This document shows, in pieces, positions 63,791-64,000 of a stretch of 64,000 bases of DNA. Source of the stretch: a virus. Lineage: Duplodnaviria > Caudoviricetes. Position 1 is the first letter of the stretch, and every line of letters starts with the position of its first letter. The position numbers were made by a program, and so were the translations under genes. The notes under the pieces were generated by a model. It did not search any database and was not told the DNA's origin. It worked only from the letters and a program-made list of their open reading frames with translations. The stretch covers positions 288,001 to 352,000 of the IMG/VR virus record IMGVR_UViG_3300037067_012889. The stretch is one strand, 5' to 3'.

Positions 63791-64000
63791 CAGATTAGAC
63801 CTATCAAACACCGTAACTGCTTTTGTTATTAGTTCTGGCACAAATCCAAATTATGAATCGTGTTTAGAGGCTCTAAAAGGTCAAACAGCTATAGTCAACA
63901 TCGATATTATCAAAGACTATAGTCCTATGTCTGCTGCCTTTCAACAGATGCTAACTAGGTGTAAAACACCATATTATGTCGAAGTTGATGAAGATATGGT
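63783..64000 (+). CDS. GT-A glycosyltransferase, partial (runs off the right edge)
   Basis: MDNRLDLSNTVTAFVI...CLEALKGQ...AFQQMLTRCKTPYYVEVDEDM (DxD), read manually. Confidence 0.65.
   Translation, partial: MDNRLDLSNTVTAFVISSGTNPNYESCLEALKGQTAIVNIDIIKDYSPMSAAFQQMLTRCKTPYYVEVDEDM

Overview
This window looks like a 64-kb segment of a large (jumbo-type) dsDNA bacteriophage genome. It uses the standard genetic code, is densely packed with many overlapping stop/start codons, and is mostly on the - strand. It contains four main parts. (i) A replication/recombination block: Hjc-type resolvase, 5'-3' flap exonuclease, gp32-like SSB with a PAAK linker, UvsY-like mediator, a small degenerate PolA, GroES-like protein, DnaB-like helicase, RecA, family-4 UDG, a DnaE split into two complementary genes, a degenerate RNase H, DinG, Mre11/SbcD and dUTPase. 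(ii) About a dozen glycosyltransferase-type genes, including one resembling eukaryotic polypeptide GalNAc-transferases (GT27). (iii) Large collagen-like (Gly-Ala-Thr) and mucin-like (Ser/Thr/Pro) putative virion fibre proteins. (iv) Two structured non-coding regions. The most striking unexplained element is at 58.78-59.97 kb. A conserved 244-aa protein gene (DUF7873-like, recalled from memory) is followed by a non-coding RNA with two tandem circularly permuted tRNA-like (Y RNA/YrlA-like) domains. These domains sit in 6-nt-periodic AGAYTN repeats, and the same repeat overlaps the gene's own Shine-Dalgarno sequence, suggesting an autoregulated ribonucleoprotein. A second region (61.0-61.9 kb) with an 8x8-bp tandem repeat, direct and inverted repeats and many hairpins is a candidate replication origin and/or ncRNA. 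All family assignments come from motif recognition by eye; no database searches or folding programs were run.
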